Positions 35,151 to 44,467 of a stretch of 64,000 nt of DNA are shown here, piece by piece. Source of the DNA: a virus (Duplodnaviria; Caudoviricetes); the IMG/VR virus record IMGVR_UViG_3300033073_001153, positions 128,001 through 192,000 of that record. One strand, given 5' to 3'. Numbering within the stretch: the first letter of the stretch is position 1; each line of letters opens with the position of its first letter. A program made the position numbers and the translations under genes. The notes beneath the pieces are model-generated. The model ran no database searches. It was not told the DNA's origin and saw nothing but the letters and a program-made list of their open reading frames with translations.

Positions 35151-36419
35151 TTATTCCATAGTAATCGTTGTTCCAAATGGAGCAATTCTATTGTTTGATT
35201 TATAACCAACAAAAATTACATGATCACAATATTCTGGATCTCCCCAACCTCCAGATGGGTACATATCAGTAAACATTACAAATACTTTCGGACTGATATC
35301 ATATTTTTTCATATGATCCCAATTTGCTTCAAACAATGTTCCACCTCCACCTGCTGGAACATATTCAGTAATATCAGTTCCTTCATCACTTCTAAAAATT
35401 TGTTCATTGTGAACTTCTGCATCAAATGACCAAATACGAATATTATAATCATCGTATTGTTCCATGATACCTTTGATTTCACTAAGAAATACATTCAAAG
35501 TTTTTTCATCAATACTTCCCGAAGTATCAATAGCCACACAAATATCTAATGCTTCGTCTCGACGCATACCGGGCAATACAACACCATTTTGCATTCCTTT
35601 TTTATTTGGAGTATAAAATGTATAATCGTATTTGATTTGTGACTGAATATCCATCTTCAACAACTCTTTCCAAGAAAGAGTAGGGGCAGTTAAATCTTTA
35701 ATCAAACGATCAACTCCCTTTGGGACATTACCAGCACTGTTAGCAGAAGATAATAGACTTTCTTTAATTTCATTTCTAATCTGCTGTTTCTCTGATTCAG
35801 AAAGCTTTTTACCTTTCTTTTCTAAATCATCAAGATGTTCATCCAACAACATATCAGCCAAACTATCTACATCAATCTTGTCGGCATTTTTCAAGAGATC
35901 ATCGTAAATTTCTTCAGCACACTTTCCTTTGTACTTTTCTTCAAAAAGAGTATCATTAATTCGTGATCCTATATTAGATTCAATAAGAATGGCATTCACT
36001 GCATAATCACAAGCAATGTTCCAAAGAGTGTGATGACGACACTTTTTACTAAATGTTCCGTCTTCATTAATTTCCGTAACACTATCTGGAAACTCTTTCC
36101 TGATATGATGTTCGAATACATTGTGTAGCACTTCGTGTCCAAAAAGAAATTCAGTTTCTTTGACACTGAGACTACTAATGAATTCTAAATTATAAAAGAA
36201 ATTTCTTCCATCAGTAGCAGCAGTATTCATATTATCATCTCGAACAATAGTGAGATGAGTAGCCATACTACCAAAAAAAGGTTGCTTCAATAGCAAGCCA
36301 ATTCTTGCTGCTCTAAGCTTATCTTCAATCACTGCTTGTGATGGAAGTGGTTTATTTTCGTCTTTATCTAAATCAGTTTTCTTTTTGCGTGCCATCTGAA
36401 GGTAATTCGTCATGATCAC
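35151..36419 (-). CDS. DUF2201-type metallopeptidase (HExxH) + vWA protein
   Basis: TAATDG, HEVLH, WNIACDYAVN, IDTSGSI, GGGGT, FTD; start may be MARKK at 36395. Confidence 0.88.
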   Translation of the reverse strand: MIMTNYLQMARKKKTDLDKDENKPLPSQAVIEDKLRAARIGLLLKQPFFGSMATHLTIVRDDNMNTAATDGRNFFYNLEFISSLSVKETEFLFGHEVLHNVFEHHIRKEFPDSVTEINEDGTFSKKCRHHTLWNIACDYAVNAILIESNIGSRINDTLFEEKYKGKCAEEIYDDLLKNADKIDVDSLADMLLDEHLDDLEKKGKKLSESEKQQIRNEIKESLLSSANSAGNVPKGVDRLIKDLTAPTLSWKELLKMDIQSQIKYDYTFYTPNKKGMQNGVVLPGMRRDEALDICVAIDTSGSIDEKTLNVFLSEIKGIMEQYDDYNIRIWSFDAEVHNEQIFRSDEGTDITEYVPAGGGGTLFEANWDHMKKYDISPKVFVMFTDMYPSGGWGDPEYCDHVIFVGYKSNNRIAPFGTTITME

Positions 36420-36600
36420 AAGAATCTACAGCATTTTCTTGTTGTTCGCAAGAAATTTCTCGTTTTTTATTTTTGAAAGTTCTATTGTTTTCGCAATAAC
36501 CACAGTTCCCATGATTACGACAACTGCGATCAAATCTCTTAGAGCCGAAATAATTTTTTCGGTATTCTTTTCCGGAATTGATCGCCTTGTCCAAACTCAT
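36373..36600 (-). CDS. Small Zn-binding phage protein
   Basis: SKRFDRSCRNHGNCGYCENNR. Confidence 0.7.
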   Translation of the reverse strand: MSLDKAINSGKEYRKNYFGSKRFDRSCRNHGNCGYCENNRTFKNKKREISCEQQENAVDSCDHDELPSDGTQKEN

Positions 36601-36602
36601 AA

Positions 36603-37616
36603 TTAATCAACGTAGTCTTGATTGATAACCTTCACACTTAACATCTTTTGTAGTGTAGGACTATAAACAGTTTTATTGTTTTTGAAACCACGAATTACAA
36701 TTCCTTCTGCTGGTTCAGTTCCATACTTTTGTTCGTTGGCAAGAGATTGTAAAGAATCTAAAGATAAATTTTTAATATCTTCTCCCATAAAACGAGCAAC
36801 TTCTTTAACCACTGATAATCCAGAATCTTCTAATGTGAGAAGAATATCATCATAAATTAAGTATGAATCGTCAGACAAATCTTTAATATTAAATACATGA
36901 AATTCATTACCTTCAATCTTTAAAGGATTACCTTGAATTCCTTGCCCAATAATTTCTCCAGCAATAGACATTCCTTCACTCATCAAGTTTTGGAGATCGT
37001 ACTTTTTAGTCATTTGCCAATAAATATTGTCTCCTTCTTCTAGTTCTAGATTCCGAGAACATACACGGAATGTGCCATCTAGTTCTTTAATGACAGTTAA
37101 ACTAGTTCCATCTAACTTGGTGGTTACTACAATCGTATCACATTCTTTCAATTCTTCTAATACTAGAGGATTGGATAAAAGATTGTCTTCGTCAGTTTTT
37201 GATACGATATGTGTCGGGAAATCACCTTTAGCAATTCCTTGTAATTGTGCTGGAATATTTTTCACGTATTTTTTGATGCCACCAATAAGGTCTGCTACGT
37301 CTTCTCCGATTTCTGGAACGTAAAATGGATCGGGAAGAATGTTCGTATGAAAAACTAATCCAGCAGATACTACTCCACGTAGTTTTTTGGTTTTTACACG
37401 GATGGGAGCAGTTGGATCATCCTTATCATGGAAAGCACTGTTCCAAGGCGCAGGATCAAGGATAGTATCAATAGGAATAAAAACGACACGATCACCAACT
37501 TTAAAGTCACCTTTACGGACGACACTACGCCATCCATTAATTTGACAAGTTTCGATTCTATCCGCGCCATTAATAGGAAGTAATTCTTTAACGATCTCAA
37601 TTGTTGCTAGTTTCAT
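36603..37616 (-). CDS. RNA ligase, DRB0094/Rnl2-like family
   Basis: N-terminal PINGADRIE...LRGVVSAGL OB-like domain; KTDE, KLDGTS, GEIIG, EGIVIR, KVIN. Confidence 0.88.
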   Translation of the reverse strand: MKLATIEIVKELLPINGADRIETCQINGWRSVVRKGDFKVGDRVVFIPIDTILDPAPWNSAFHDKDDPTAPIRVKTKKLRGVVSAGLVFHTNILPDPFYVPEIGEDVADLIGGIKKYVKNIPAQLQGIAKGDFPTHIVSKTDEDNLLSNPLVLEELKECDTIVVTTKLDGTSLTVIKELDGTFRVCSRNLELEEGDNIYWQMTKKYDLQNLMSEGMSIAGEIIGQGIQGNPLKIEGNEFHVFNIKDLSDDSYLIYDDILLTLEDSGLSVVKEVARFMGEDIKNLSLDSLQSLANEQKYGTEPAEGIVIRGFKNNKTVYSPTLQKMLSVKVINQDYVD

Positions 37617-37627
37617 TTAGGGTTTAT

Positions 37628-37951
37628 TTATAGTGGAAGTTCAAATTGTTCAGCAATATGTTTTGATGTGTTTTCTTTATTTTCAAAAGTAACAAAAAAA
37701 TCTAAAAAAGCTGGAGTGTTTTCTCCTACGTATGCTCCTTGAACATTATAGGAAAAATAATCTATTGCTTCTTCATAGCTCATATCTCTACAAAGAATTT
37801 CTATACATTTTTGTTTATCAAAAATTGCAATTGTTTTAGTAAATTGTGTAGCAATTCCAACGAATGCTTCTTCAAATCCATCTGGAATTAAAATATCCTC
37901 ATCTGGATAATTTTCATCAACGTAACTATCTAATAGTTTTCTAGTAATCAT
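37628..37951 (-). CDS. Conserved phage hypothetical protein
   Basis: DGFEEAFVG...EAIDYFSYNVQGAYVGENTP. Confidence 0.75.
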   Translation of the reverse strand: MITRKLLDSYVDENYPDEDILIPDGFEEAFVGIATQFTKTIAIFDKQKCIEILCRDMSYEEAIDYFSYNVQGAYVGENTPAFLDFFVTFENKENTSKHIAEQFELPL

Positions 37952-37961
37952 AATTTAGAAG

Positions 37962-38002
37962 AAAAACCGTAGCCACATTCTATCACAAAAATGTGGCTAC
38001 GG
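37962..38002 (-). terminator. Intrinsic terminator
   Basis: CCGTAGCCACAT/ATGTGGCTACGG + T tract. Confidence 0.75.
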
Positions 38003-38025
38003 CAACCAATAACCACTACCAAATT

Positions 38026-39096
38026 TTAGGTATTAGCAAAGATATACTTTCCGTATTCTTTGTAATAATCATCAAACTTTTTCATCTTATCCGGTTCAAT
38101 AGGAACCCCACAATTTTTCATGAGTGTTTTAGAGAACATGACATTCAATTCAGCAGGAAGATTATTCATGGAAAATTCAAAAGCAGTATCCATGTATCCC
38201 CAGAAGTTTTTTACTTTCTTTTCATGTAGTTCTTTCAATTCATAAGAAAGAGAAACTACCAGAGAATATAATGCTCCGATTTCTTTTGTTTTAAGAGAAG
38301 TAACTTTACCTTCGAGGATATCAATTGCTTTTGGAAGCTTTGCAGAAGTTTTACGATAAGCATTAAACTTCAATGCCAGACCATCTCCAATCGTTCCTGA
38401 AATAAGATCCAATGCGGTGTCTTCTCCCATTTCATCTTCGTCTTGTAAGAATTGAGAAACGAACTGCCAAGTGCGTGGAGTTGCAAACGCATGACCTGAT
38501 GTCTTTGGATCAAAAGAAAAAAGATCTTGTTTCATATGAGAAACGTAACCCACTACATCTTTATGAATACTGTTATTCAGTGCCCAATCAATCCATTCAT
38601 CTACGTCAACCTTGAGATCTAGGTGAATGAAACGATTCGCAAGAGGCATTGGCATCTTATAAACTACACCACGATCAGAAGCACGATTACCTGCTGCTAC
38701 AATCGCACAATTCTTTGGAAGAACGTATTCACCAACTCGATAATTCAATACCAATTGATAAGCCGCAGCTTGTGTAGAAGGAGCAGCAGATACCAATTCA
38801 TCCAGAAAGATAATCGCATTTGAGAATTCATCTTTTGGAAATTCAGATGAAGGAGCCCACTTCATGCTTTCAGATTTCGGATCAAAATATGGAAACCCCT
38901 TAATATCAGAAGGATCATAAAGTGCCAACCTGATATCAATAACAGGACGACCCAATTCTTTTCCAATCTGATGAACAATGTCAGATTTTCCACAACCCGG
39001 TGCTGAATAGATCATCACAGGTCGCCGGACTTTGATGGCTTGCTTAACTGCCTTGATCAAGGCATTTGGCGTTACAGTTCTAGTAGATTCACTCAT
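38026..39096 (-). CDS. MoxR-like AAA+ ATPase
   Basis: APGCGKS, FLDEL, AAGNR, PLANRF, TPRTW. Confidence 0.9.
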   Translation of the reverse strand: MSESTRTVTPNALIKAVKQAIKVRRPVMIYSAPGCGKSDIVHQIGKELGRPVIDIRLALYDPSDIKGFPYFDPKSESMKWAPSSEFPKDEFSNAIIFLDELVSAAPSTQAAAYQLVLNYRVGEYVLPKNCAIVAAGNRASDRGVVYKMPMPLANRFIHLDLKVDVDEWIDWALNNSIHKDVVGYVSHMKQDLFSFDPKTSGHAFATPRTWQFVSQFLQDEDEMGEDTALDLISGTIGDGLALKFNAYRKTSAKLPKAIDILEGKVTSLKTKEIGALYSLVVSLSYELKELHEKKVKNFWGYMDTAFEFSMNNLPAELNVMFSKTLMKNCGVPIEPDKMKKFDDYYKEYGKYIFANT

Positions 39097-39149
39097 GGTA
39101 GTTTTTAGTTTTGGTTTTTTGGTTAATGTCAGAACTTTCTGACACGTGA

Positions 39150-39177
39150 AAGATAACAGAATCTATGGTATTGTCAA
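39150..39177 (-). promoter_or_regulatory. sigma70 promoter for MoxR operon
   Basis: TTGACA-16nt-TATCTT with TG. Confidence 0.6.
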
Positions 39178-39180
39178 ATT

Positions 39181-39639
39181 TTATTTTCTGAAAAACGAAG
39201 GAGTGATTTTTTTATCAAGAGATTTCACGAGAATGAATGCTTTCAATTCATCACTCCATTTTACTGTGAATGTTTCGTCGGTGTTTCTATACACTACTGC
39301 TCCTGCAAAAATTCCATCTTTTGTAAGAACAAATCCAAATCCAGCATTCTCTTTATTTGTAATGTCTCCGAAAATTTTAAATATTTCATTATTATTATTT
39401 TCGGTTTCTTTCACAAGACCATTCAATACAGTTCCATCTGTAAGATAAATTTTAACTGCATTAGAAGGAATCAATCCAAGAATCATCTTTGGATTTAAAA
39501 CTCCATTCGTATCAGTAAGATAAGTTTCTTGATCTATTTTAAGAGAAAATGGTTGTTTCTGAATTTCTCCTTGTTTCAGCCCGCCAAAACAAGATGAACT
39601 GATAAGTGACAGTGCTAGTGCTAGTGATGTTGTTTTCAT
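39181..39639 (-). CDS. Secreted hypothetical protein
   Basis: Signal peptide MKTTSLALALSLISSSCFG. Confidence 0.65.
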   Translation of the reverse strand: MKTTSLALALSLISSSCFGGLKQGEIQKQPFSLKIDQETYLTDTNGVLNPKMILGLIPSNAVKIYLTDGTVLNGLVKETENNNNEIFKIFGDITNKENAGFGFVLTKDGIFAGAVVYRNTDETFTVKWSDELKAFILVKSLDKKITPSFFRK

Positions 39640-40034
39640 ATTTTCCATTGTTCGAAGTTACCCGAATCGTTCGTAAAATACAATCTTTTAAATCCTACTT
39701 GTATTAGCAAATCCTGACATCCTCTACAAGGTTTTGATATAGTAGTCTTTCCTTTTCTATCGATTCTTACATTCACAAATGTACAATCCGAACAGTCTTC
39801 TTTACCATATTTCAAAATAGCGGAAAGTTCCGAATGAACGCCGACCATGCTTCTGAGATCTATTCCGGTTTTTGACCTATAATCATATTTCAAATTTGCT
39901 GGATGCGTTTTGTTCGCATTAATTCCAATTTTTTGAATTTTATTTTTCTTCACAATAAACGTAGTATGAAACGTTCTTGTGGTAAAGCCCTCGTTCATGA
40001 GTGCCCTTGTAATTTCTATGTATTTTGAAAACAT
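39636..40034 (-). CDS. Cytidine-deaminase-fold protein
   Basis: HSE...KPCRGC. Confidence 0.75.
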   Translation of the reverse strand: MFSKYIEITRALMNEGFTTRTFHTTFIVKKNKIQKIGINANKTHPANLKYDYRSKTGIDLRSMVGVHSELSAILKYGKEDCSDCTFVNVRIDRKGKTTISKPCRGCQDLLIQVGFKRLYFTNDSGNFEQWKI

Positions 40035-40288
40035 TATTTTAACAAATCGTATTTTATAGCTGATACAAAGAATTTCTTACCATCCACAACTTTGAATGTG
40101 TAACAATTGTTGTAATCAATTTCATCAAACTCTGTCTCAGCATGTACTATCCCACACGATTCGTCAAATCTTTTCATCACTTTATGGAAATTAAACTGAT
40201 CCACATATGCTCCTGTAGCATTTATCCATTCGTCTAATAACATATCATATTTTTCCATAGATATGTGTAGTTTTTTTTCCTCCTCCAT
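40034..40288 (-). CDS. Small protein (KxFxxxIKY family)
   Basis: FKVVDGKKFFVSAIKY. Confidence 0.65.
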   Translation of the reverse strand: MEEEKKLHISMEKYDMLLDEWINATGAYVDQFNFHKVMKRFDESCGIVHAETEFDEIDYNNCYTFKVVDGKKFFVSAIKYDLLK

Positions 40289-40328
40289 AAGCTATATTAA
40301 CTTATTTTGGAGTTTATAAAAAACAACA

Positions 40329-40640
40329 TTACTCTAGAAAATATGTAATAATTTTTGGCTTAAATTTAGGAGAATTTATATAAGCATTCCAATGATCTGA
40401 TAGCTCAACTGGTGCATACACTTCTCCAGTTTCTAAAACTATTTTATTTTCTGTAGCATATCCATAAATTCCATTTCTTCTCATGGCATATGCTAATACA
40501 GACCCGTATCTACAATTCGATATTCCAGAAGAAATATCTGACCATGTAATATCCAATTCTATATTTTCTTCTACTTTATGTGATTTTTCTGATAATAAAT
40601 TTTTAACCATGTTAATTAGTTTTTTAAAAAATACTACCAT
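40329..40640 (-). CDS. Hypothetical protein
   Basis: ORF. Confidence 0.6.
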   Translation of the reverse strand: MVVFFKKLINMVKNLLSEKSHKVEENIELDITWSDISSGISNCRYGSVLAYAMRRNGIYGYATENKIVLETGEVYAPVELSDHWNAYINSPKFKPKIITYFLE

Positions 40641-40683
40641 AAAATGATTTATCTTTTTTGGTATTATTTGCTAAATAATTTTT

Positions 40684-41118
40684 ATGAAATCTTCTAAATC
40701 TGTTTTATCTTTCGCAGAATTTTATTATTTAGAAGAAGGATTTGTTGATGATGTTAAAAACAAAAAACAACAAATTTTAGATAAATGGGAAGAAATCAAA
40801 AATCTTCTAAAGGAAGACAGTTACGGAAGACCTATTAATACAAAAAAAGTTCATTCATTAAAAGATCAAATTTTTTTATTATTAAAAAGATTAAAAGAAG
40901 AAAGTATTGATTTAGTGAAAGACACGATTTTCACGATTTTAAAAGATTATAATATAACTTTAAGAAACGAAAAATTACAAACTTTTTTGAGAATATCTGT
41001 TTGGCTATTACACATTATAGCACTTTTAGGTATTTATCAATTAAAAGAAATGAAAGCAGCTCGTAGAATGTTAGATGGAACTGCTACTAATGTTGAAGTG
41101 CAAACTTTAAAAAATTAA
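40684..41118 (+). CDS. Late protein with SFAEFYYLEE leader and one TM helix
   Basis: TAAATA at 40672-40677. Confidence 0.65.
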   Translation: MKSSKSVLSFAEFYYLEEGFVDDVKNKKQQILDKWEEIKNLLKEDSYGRPINTKKVHSLKDQIFLLLKRLKEESIDLVKDTIFTILKDYNITLRNEKLQTFLRISVWLLHIIALLGIYQLKEMKAARRMLDGTATNVEVQTLKN

Positions 41119-41156
41119 ATCCCTCTACCTCAGAAAATCTGAAATAGAGGGATTTT
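41117..41156. terminator. Bidirectional terminator
   Basis: AAATCCCTCTA/TAGAGGGATTT. Confidence 0.65.
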
Positions 41157-41189
41157 GTGCAGCCAGCACACTTACAACCCTACAACCTT

Positions 41190-41441
41190 TTAGATTACTC
41201 CTTTTTGGTTAAGATCCTTAGTGATTGCACGCACATTCGCTTCTACAGGAATGGCACCGTATTGATTTACACGCTTCAAAATAGTAGCGTTTTGAACTGT
41301 GTAACCATTCTGTGTACGTTCTAGTGTAAGAACCACAGTCTTTGGACGAGTAAGGTTAGATGATAACCATGTTTCTGTTGAACACTCACCGAGACAAGCC
41401 CGTTGAGTCCGTTGTGTTGTTGTTGTTTTTTGTTTTCTCAT
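41190..41441 (-). CDS. Hypothetical protein
   Basis: ORF. Confidence 0.65.
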   Translation of the reverse strand: MRKQKTTTTQRTQRACLGECSTETWLSSNLTRPKTVVLTLERTQNGYTVQNATILKRVNQYGAIPVEANVRAITKDLNQKGVI

Positions 41442-41451
41442 AGGAGATTGT

Positions 41452-41655
41452 TTAAGAATTGTATTCTGCCAGAATATCTTTGTAATAGCAAGTCATTTTA
41501 TCAATGAATTGGGAATATTTTTCCGAATCATTACCCAAACTTTTGTTTAGGCGATAAAGATGCTTTAGTGTAAAGATAAGTTCTTTTTCTTCATTAGTCA
41601 AGAAGAAATTATAGACGTACTTATGTTTTTTATAAGTATTATCAGTTTCTTTCAT
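41452..41655 (-). CDS. Hypothetical protein
   Basis: ORF. Confidence 0.55.
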   Translation of the reverse strand: MKETDNTYKKHKYVYNFFLTNEEKELIFTLKHLYRLNKSLGNDSEKYSQFIDKMTCYYKDILAEYNS

Positions 41656-41669
41656 ATAAGAAAAATGAA

Positions 41670-41975
41670 TTATTCTGCCAGCGCACGGGCGATTGCTTTT
41701 TTCAAACCAGTGCTTCTGCGATAATGTTCTTTATTAGAACAAACAGATTCACCATATAGATCTTCATTCTTATCTGTGGTAATCATAATGGTAGTCTTTC
41801 CACCTCTTGCTGAAAGATACCAATTTTCTGGTTCAGCGTCCACATGCGATTGAAGAAACAATGCTGTGAGACGTTTTCCTGTAAAAGGATCATACCGGAA
41901 ATATTCCCGATGATGACCTACCCGCACTTTCCATCCTTTTTTACGCAGTTCGTAGACTGTTGGTACTGATTTCAT
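41670..41975 (-). CDS. Hypothetical phage protein
   Basis: RGGKT...GESVCSNKEHY...GLKKAIARA. Confidence 0.7.
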   Translation of the reverse strand: MKSVPTVYELRKKGWKVRVGHHREYFRYDPFTGKRLTALFLQSHVDAEPENWYLSARGGKTTIMITTDKNEDLYGESVCSNKEHYRRSTGLKKAIARALAE

Positions 41976-41990
41976 AGTTCTCAGACTATC

Positions 41991-42131
41991 TCACTTTTTC
42001 TTCGATTTATCAAGTACTTTTTTATCTTTTTTTCGAAAGATACTATCAAAGTTTTTGTTGTATGTGTCTATGTCTTTGATTGGACGTGGTTTATCACCTT
42101 TACCGTTATTCACAGTGTTTAGTTTTGCCAT
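41991..42131 (-). CDS. Small phage protein (46 aa)
   Basis: MAKLNTVNNGKGDKPRPIKDIDTYNKNFDSIFRKK...; below ORF-track cutoff. Confidence 0.6.
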   Translation of the reverse strand: MAKLNTVNNGKGDKPRPIKDIDTYNKNFDSIFRKKDKKVLDKSKKK

Positions 42132-42133
42132 AA

Positions 42134-42412
42134 TTACTTTGTAAGAGCTTGACTAAAAATAGTAACAGATTCGTAAGGACTAACATTCATGGAAGTAGAA
42201 ACTCCGCCAACTAATTGCCATCCATCATTTAAATGTTTGGTAACTTCTTCTTGAAGTTTAATATAATCATTTCTATATGCTAAAATTATATATTGATATT
42301 CAGGTTTTTTAATATCAGGATACTTATCAGCATTTTGTGAAGGAATATAAACTTCTTCAGAAGGCTTATTAAGCACTTCAGTTGGTTTGTTATTGTTTCT
42401 CTTTTTAGACAT
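42134..42412 (-). CDS. DUF1737-like protein
   Basis: VTKHLNDGWQLVGGVS...FSQALTK. Confidence 0.7.
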   Translation of the reverse strand: MSKKRNNNKPTEVLNKPSEEVYIPSQNADKYPDIKKPEYQYIILAYRNDYIKLQEEVTKHLNDGWQLVGGVSTSMNVSPYESVTIFSQALTK

Positions 42413-42424
42413 AAATGTTTAGAT

Positions 42425-42784
42425 TTAAGATAAGGTTAATAGATATTTTAGTTTATTTACCTCACCTAACATAGAATCACGAATATTTAATAAATCTGTT
42501 TTGTCATCTATTTCAAATGACATTTCGTTTAAATATTCGTTGAATTCTTCTAAAACGTCGGAAACTACAGAATCATCTGTAAGTGGAAAAAGAGTAATAT
42601 TAAAATTATTTGTAGGTTTACTCTTTCCGAAAATTCCCATATAGGTTTCCACAAATTCATCAACCAATCCGTCTAAGTTTTCGTAAATTTTACCAAAAGC
42701 CTTGTGACGGGCATAAGAATCAGTTTGCCAATGAAAAATTCTCATTTGTTGCTGAAACTGAACTAATGGAGTTATAACATTCAT
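42425..42784 (-). CDS. Ferritin-like/DUF5856 phage protein
   Basis: FHWQT.SYARHKAFG...DEFVETYMG...LLNIRD...KYLLTL. Confidence 0.8.
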   Translation of the reverse strand: MNVITPLVQFQQQMRIFHWQTDSYARHKAFGKIYENLDGLVDEFVETYMGIFGKSKPTNNFNITLFPLTDDSVVSDVLEEFNEYLNEMSFEIDDKTDLLNIRDSMLGEVNKLKYLLTLS

Positions 42785-42873
42785 GGATTTTATAATTTAC
42801 CTATATTATATAGTTTTGTCAATCATAAAAACGTGAGTTTATGATTTCGGTGAACTTTTTCAGTGAACTTCGT

Positions 42874-43281
42874 TCATTTTAGGTGAACTACATTAATTCT
42901 GCATTTTTTTAAAAATTCTATTCCCGAATCGTCTCTATAAGAGTTTTTATAGTAAACCTCTTTTATTCCCGCACCGTAAATAGATTTCGCACATTCCATG
43001 CATGGAGAATGTGTCACAAACATTACAGAACCTTCTCCTGATTCATTGCTTTTGGCTAATTTATTAATACAATTCATTTCAGAATGAATCACTTCAGGTA
43101 AAGTTTTGTTGTTTTCATCTTCGCAAACATTAGACCATCCTTCGGGAGTTCCATTATAACCAATTGAAATTATTCTTTGGTTTTTTACCAAAATTGCTCC
43201 TACTTTTAATCTTTTTGCTGTTGAAAGTTTAGAGAACACTTCAGCAACTTCCATATATGCATTTAAAAGTTTTTCTTTCAT
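42874..43281 (-). CDS. dCMP deaminase
   Basis: KVGA, IGYNG, HSEMN, THSPCMECAK. Confidence 0.92.
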   Translation of the reverse strand: MKEKLLNAYMEVAEVFSKLSTAKRLKVGAILVKNQRIISIGYNGTPEGWSNVCEDENNKTLPEVIHSEMNCINKLAKSNESGEGSVMFVTHSPCMECAKSIYGAGIKEVYYKNSYRDDSGIEFLKKCRINVVHLK

Positions 43282-43302
43282 AGAATGAATAAATATTAAT
43301 AT

Positions 43303-43476
43303 ATGGCTTTTATTTTTAGAATCAAACGTAGGTTAGCAGGAAATCCCGGTCCTCCAGACTCTCTTCAAGTAGGAGAATTAGCTTATAACGAAGTGGATAA
43401 TATTTTATATTATGGAAGAAGTCAACCACTTTCTGGAAGTACTACAAATACTACTCTAAGTTCTTTGAGTTCTTAA
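43303..43476 (+). CDS. Stand-alone 57-aa fibre N-terminal (IKRR..GELAYNE) module
   Basis: MAFIFRIKRRLAGNPGPPDSLQVGELAYNEVDNILYYG...; TAAATA at 43290-43295. Confidence 0.7.
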   Translation: MAFIFRIKRRLAGNPGPPDSLQVGELAYNEVDNILYYGRSQPLSGSTTNTTLSSLSS

Positions 43477-43716
43477 TTATTCTAAGTCTTCATTAGAAAT
43501 ATTAATTATTTTAGAAGATAATACCAATTCTAGTTCATCTTCTTCAATATCCAATTCTCTACAAATTTCTTCAAAGCAATCTAATTCTGGTAGATATTCT
43601 ACTACTCTGTTTAAATATTTTATACATTCTTTTTTATTCATTAATAATTTATTTACTAATAATGTATAAATAATTTTAACAGGTTCTGAAAAACTTGTCA
43701 ATAATAAATACTAAAA

Positions 43717-44127
43717 ATGGCAAATTTAATTCCAGTATTATCATCATCTCCTCTGTGGCCAAGTGTAGGAGACGCTTTTTCTTGGATAACTATACAAAAT
43801 GATGTACCAAGAGAATTATATGCACAAGCTGTATATACAGTAAATCATGGAAATAATTACGATAATATAAATAACAGTTCTATATTAACAGCAACTGGTC
43901 AAGTATTATCTGCTAATTCTGTAAGAAAAGCTTTATATTGTAGAAATTTAAGTACTGCACATTTATATATTAAATTTGGTTTAAGTGCGAGTTCAACATC
44001 TTTTAATGTTTTATTAAAAGGAAGTGCAGATGGAATAGGAGAAGCATTTTTTGATGAACAAGTTTATCACGGAGAAGTTTCTGTTTATAGCACAAATCCT
44101 AATTATATGCTATGGGAGGGTTTCTAA
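43717..44127 (+). CDS. Putative virion structural protein
   Basis: TAAATA at 43705-43710; beta-rich ANSVRKALYCRN. Confidence 0.65.
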   Translation: MANLIPVLSSSPLWPSVGDAFSWITIQNDVPRELYAQAVYTVNHGNNYDNINNSSILTATGQVLSANSVRKALYCRNLSTAHLYIKFGLSASSTSFNVLLKGSADGIGEAFFDEQVYHGEVSVYSTNPNYMLWEGF

Positions 44128-44367
44128 ATGAGATTTACAAATATAATAGTAAGATCCGATGTAGAACAGTTTATACATGAAATAATAACAGAAAGATTAT
44201 CTGCTTATGGAAATATTTTAGATGGTGTTGCATTAGAAGAACTTACTAATTTTGATGTGCCTTTATTATCAGCACAAACTCCAGATGAAAGAGAAGACGG
44301 AATACTATTGGCATATAAAGATGGCAAATTAGTAGAAGAGAAAGACTTAAATGGTGGCGAATTTTAA
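44128..44367 (+). CDS. Small structural protein ending LNGGEF
   Basis: Coupled ORF. Confidence 0.65.
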   Translation: MRFTNIIVRSDVEQFIHEIITERLSAYGNILDGVALEELTNFDVPLLSAQTPDEREDGILLAYKDGKLVEEKDLNGGEF

Positions 44368-44467
44368 TTTTTTATAAGATATTTGAAAAATTGAATGGTT
44401 TTTTTGATAAATAATATATGCAGAACATTTATTTCTATCTGCATAACTCAAACAAAACCAAAAAATT

